Source: Octopus sinensis (taxonomy: Eukaryota). Taken from it: DNA of 64,000 nt. The DNA is taken from contig NC_043005.1 in NCBI RefSeq assembly GCF_006345805.1, forward strand, positions 30,318,001 through 30,382,000, given 5' to 3'. The notes under the pieces are model-generated. The model did no database searches. It was not told the origin of the DNA and worked only from the letters and a program-made list of their open reading frames with translations. The position numbers and the translations under genes were made by a program. Shown here one piece after another: positions 61,501 to 64,000 of this stretch (positions within the stretch are counted from its first letter, which is position 1; each line of letters opens with the position of its first letter).

Positions 61501-62329
61501 GTTTTAAATGCACTCTTGCATAAGATGCAGCTTTATTTTACATGAATATTTTGTAGGAAAAAAAACAACAAATTTAGAACATAATATAGCCATTGAAAGT
61601 TTTGTAAATACAATATTTTGATGGTAAACTGGAATACAGTATGAAAACAAATTTATCATAAATAAAATGCTTTATACAAGTACTGTATAAAAATATTATC
61701 CTCTTTCAGAAGAACTGTATAGTTATTTATATTTTGGCTAACAGAATTGCCATACGAGATGTATATCTCATATCTGTGGCTGTGATATTTTATTAGTAGC
61801 GAGGGTGATGCACCACTGCTATGATTTTGTTGTTATCCACTTATTGCAAATAGCTGCTGATAGAGCATTTCAATATTTTAGATATTGATATTCAAACGAC
61901 TTTGTGGTTGCAGTATCAAAGACCACAGCCACACATGAGGATAGCTCAAGGATTTCACAAGCCCATGTCATTTAGTACACTATACAAACTCAAACATACA
62001 AAAGAATTACAGAAGTGAAAAAAAACAGGCTTTTATCAGACACTCAGATGCAGCAAAGTTCTGGATTGTTGAGGTACACACCATTATTAAGACGACCACT
62101 TTTGAATCACACAGATTAGTCAGATATATGGAAATACATATTTAGTTTTTCCAACCATATGCAGCCACATGTTTCTAAATGATTCATTGCTTACTCAGCC
62201 TTCTGTTTTTGTTTACATAGTCAACGATTCTCCTGTTATAACTATAAGTGTATCTGCGGGTTTGTCACTTATATCATATTGACTGACTTAATATATATAC
62301 ACTGACTTAGCAACCATTCTATATACTTA

Positions 62330-62362
62330 TAGATAGATAGATAGATAGATAGACAAACAGAC

Positions 62363-62429
<67 letters not shown>

Positions 62430-62490
62430 CAAACAGATAGATAGATAGATAAATAGGCAGACAAATAGACAGATAAATAGATAGACAGAT

Positions 62491-62525
<35 letters not shown>
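62330..62525. repeat. (GATA)n microsatellite
   Basis: Direct reading. Confidence 0.95.
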
Positions 62526-62999
62526 TTGGTTTCAAATTATGGCACAAAACTAGAACTCTTGGGGGAGGGTTTAAGTCCATTACATTGACCCCAGTGTGTA
62601 ACTGGTACTATTTTTTTGACCCTGAAAAGATGAAAGGCACATCTCTATCTCGGTGGAATTTGAACTCAGAACTTAAAGATAGACAAAGTGCTGCTAAGCA
62701 TTTTGTCCAGCATGCTAACAATTCTGCCAGCTTGCCTTTACATGTGTGTGGTGTGTGTGTAAGTAGCTTGCTTACCAACCACATGGTTCCGGGTTCAGTC
62801 CCACTGCTTGGCACCTTGGGCAAGTGTCTTCTACTATAGCCTCTGACCAGCCAAAGCCTTGTGAGTGAATTTGGTAGACAGAAACTGAAAGAAGTCTGTC
62901 GTATGTGTGTGTGTGTATGTGCTTGACATCCCCGTAACTTAGCAGTTTGGCAAAAGAGACCAATAGTATAAGTACTAGGCTTACAAAGAATAAGTCCTC

Positions 63000-63900
63000 A
63001 GGTCAGGGGGCTAGCAGATGGCAAATAATAGAGTGAGACAAGGCATGTGGGTAGAACACACAGGTTGGGAGCAAGCATACAGTGGCACAGGTCCAAGAGA
63101 ACAGGATTGGTGAGTGGGAGGTAATCATAGTACATGAAGTAGAAATGTGAGGAAGAGAAGGGATGTAGAGACGTAGTTTGGTTTGTTGTGGTAGAGTGTG
63201 TGAGAAGTTTTCTACAGTGTTTCTAGAATTCAGTTTCACTGATGTGGGTGGGTCTTCTCAAGAACTTCATATCACCTGATATCTCAGTCCATGGTCATTT
63301 CCTCCGTGAGGTCCAACTTCCTGAGATCAGTCCTTACCACTTAATCCCATGTCTTCATGGGTCTCCTTCTCCATGGGTACCATCCACTTTCTGTCATCAG
63401 CACTTCTTTGTGCAGCTATCTTCATTCATGCACATCATATGTCCAAACCAATGTAGTCTTCTCTCTCTTGCTTGCCACATTTGATTCCTTTTATGCCAAA
63501 CTTTTCTCTCAATACATTTGCACTTAGTTGTACATGTGCACTGATGTTCCACATCCAACAGAGCATACTACCTTCGTTTCTCTCCAGTCTATACATATCC
63601 TCAGCATTCAGAGCCCATGTCTCACTACCATGAGTATAGCTGTTCGTACACAAGCATCATATAGTCTACCTTTCATTCTGAGAGAGTCCTTTTGTTGCCA
63701 ACAGAGGTAATAGCTCTCTGAACTTCTCCACCCAATTCTTATTCTAGAAACAATACTTTCAGAGCATCCTCCACCATTGCTAATTTGGTCACCTAAGTCA
63801 CAAAAAATATCAACAACTTCAAGAGAGCTTCCTGGGCATTTGAGAGAATCTAAGTCCCGTATGCTCTTAGGGCTTATTTTGTTCCTGCACATCTGTCACA
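63000..63900 (-). mobile_element. Degenerate RTE-clade LINE fragments
   Basis: ORFs 63608..63892 and 63435..63653 ([33 protein letters not shown]). Confidence 0.8.
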
Positions 63901-64000
63901 TGCAAAGACGACTTTATCTGTATCCTATGCCAACAGATATTTTAATAATCTCAGCAGTGATTCCTGATAGCCCAGGGACTTTCCCTGTTTTCATGTCCTT

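Overview
AT-rich, microsatellite- and retroposon-dense animal genomic DNA. The repeat families and style resemble coleoid cephalopod (Octopus) DNA; this is an inference, not a database result. The one confidently recognisable gene is an 11-exon protein disulfide-isomerase A4 (PDIA4/ERp72) on the + strand at 36755-56212. All 10 introns are GT-AG and phase-compatible, giving 628 aa with three WCGHC thioredoxin sites, a signal peptide and a C-terminal HIEL. The rest is mostly mobile DNA: two ~98% identical inverted CR1-type LINE copies, RTE and R4/Dong-type LINE fragments, a mariner with TIRs, hAT and piggyBac-type MITEs, a Helitron remnant and many tRNA-derived SINEs. Unexplained signals found by reading: (1) several unrelated short repeats carrying minimal hammerhead-ribozyme-like cores, one fused behind a tRNA-derived Pol III head and two forming fold-back palindromes centred on the ribozyme; (2) a candidate small orphan gene (5060-15756) whose putative 3' UTR carries ten same-strand TGTTCA motifs; (3) a DR1+TATA module 2 kb upstream of PDIA4 that could supply an in-frame alternative first exon. 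No CRISPR, rRNA or intact tRNA gene was seen. Repeat boundaries were read by eye and are approximate.
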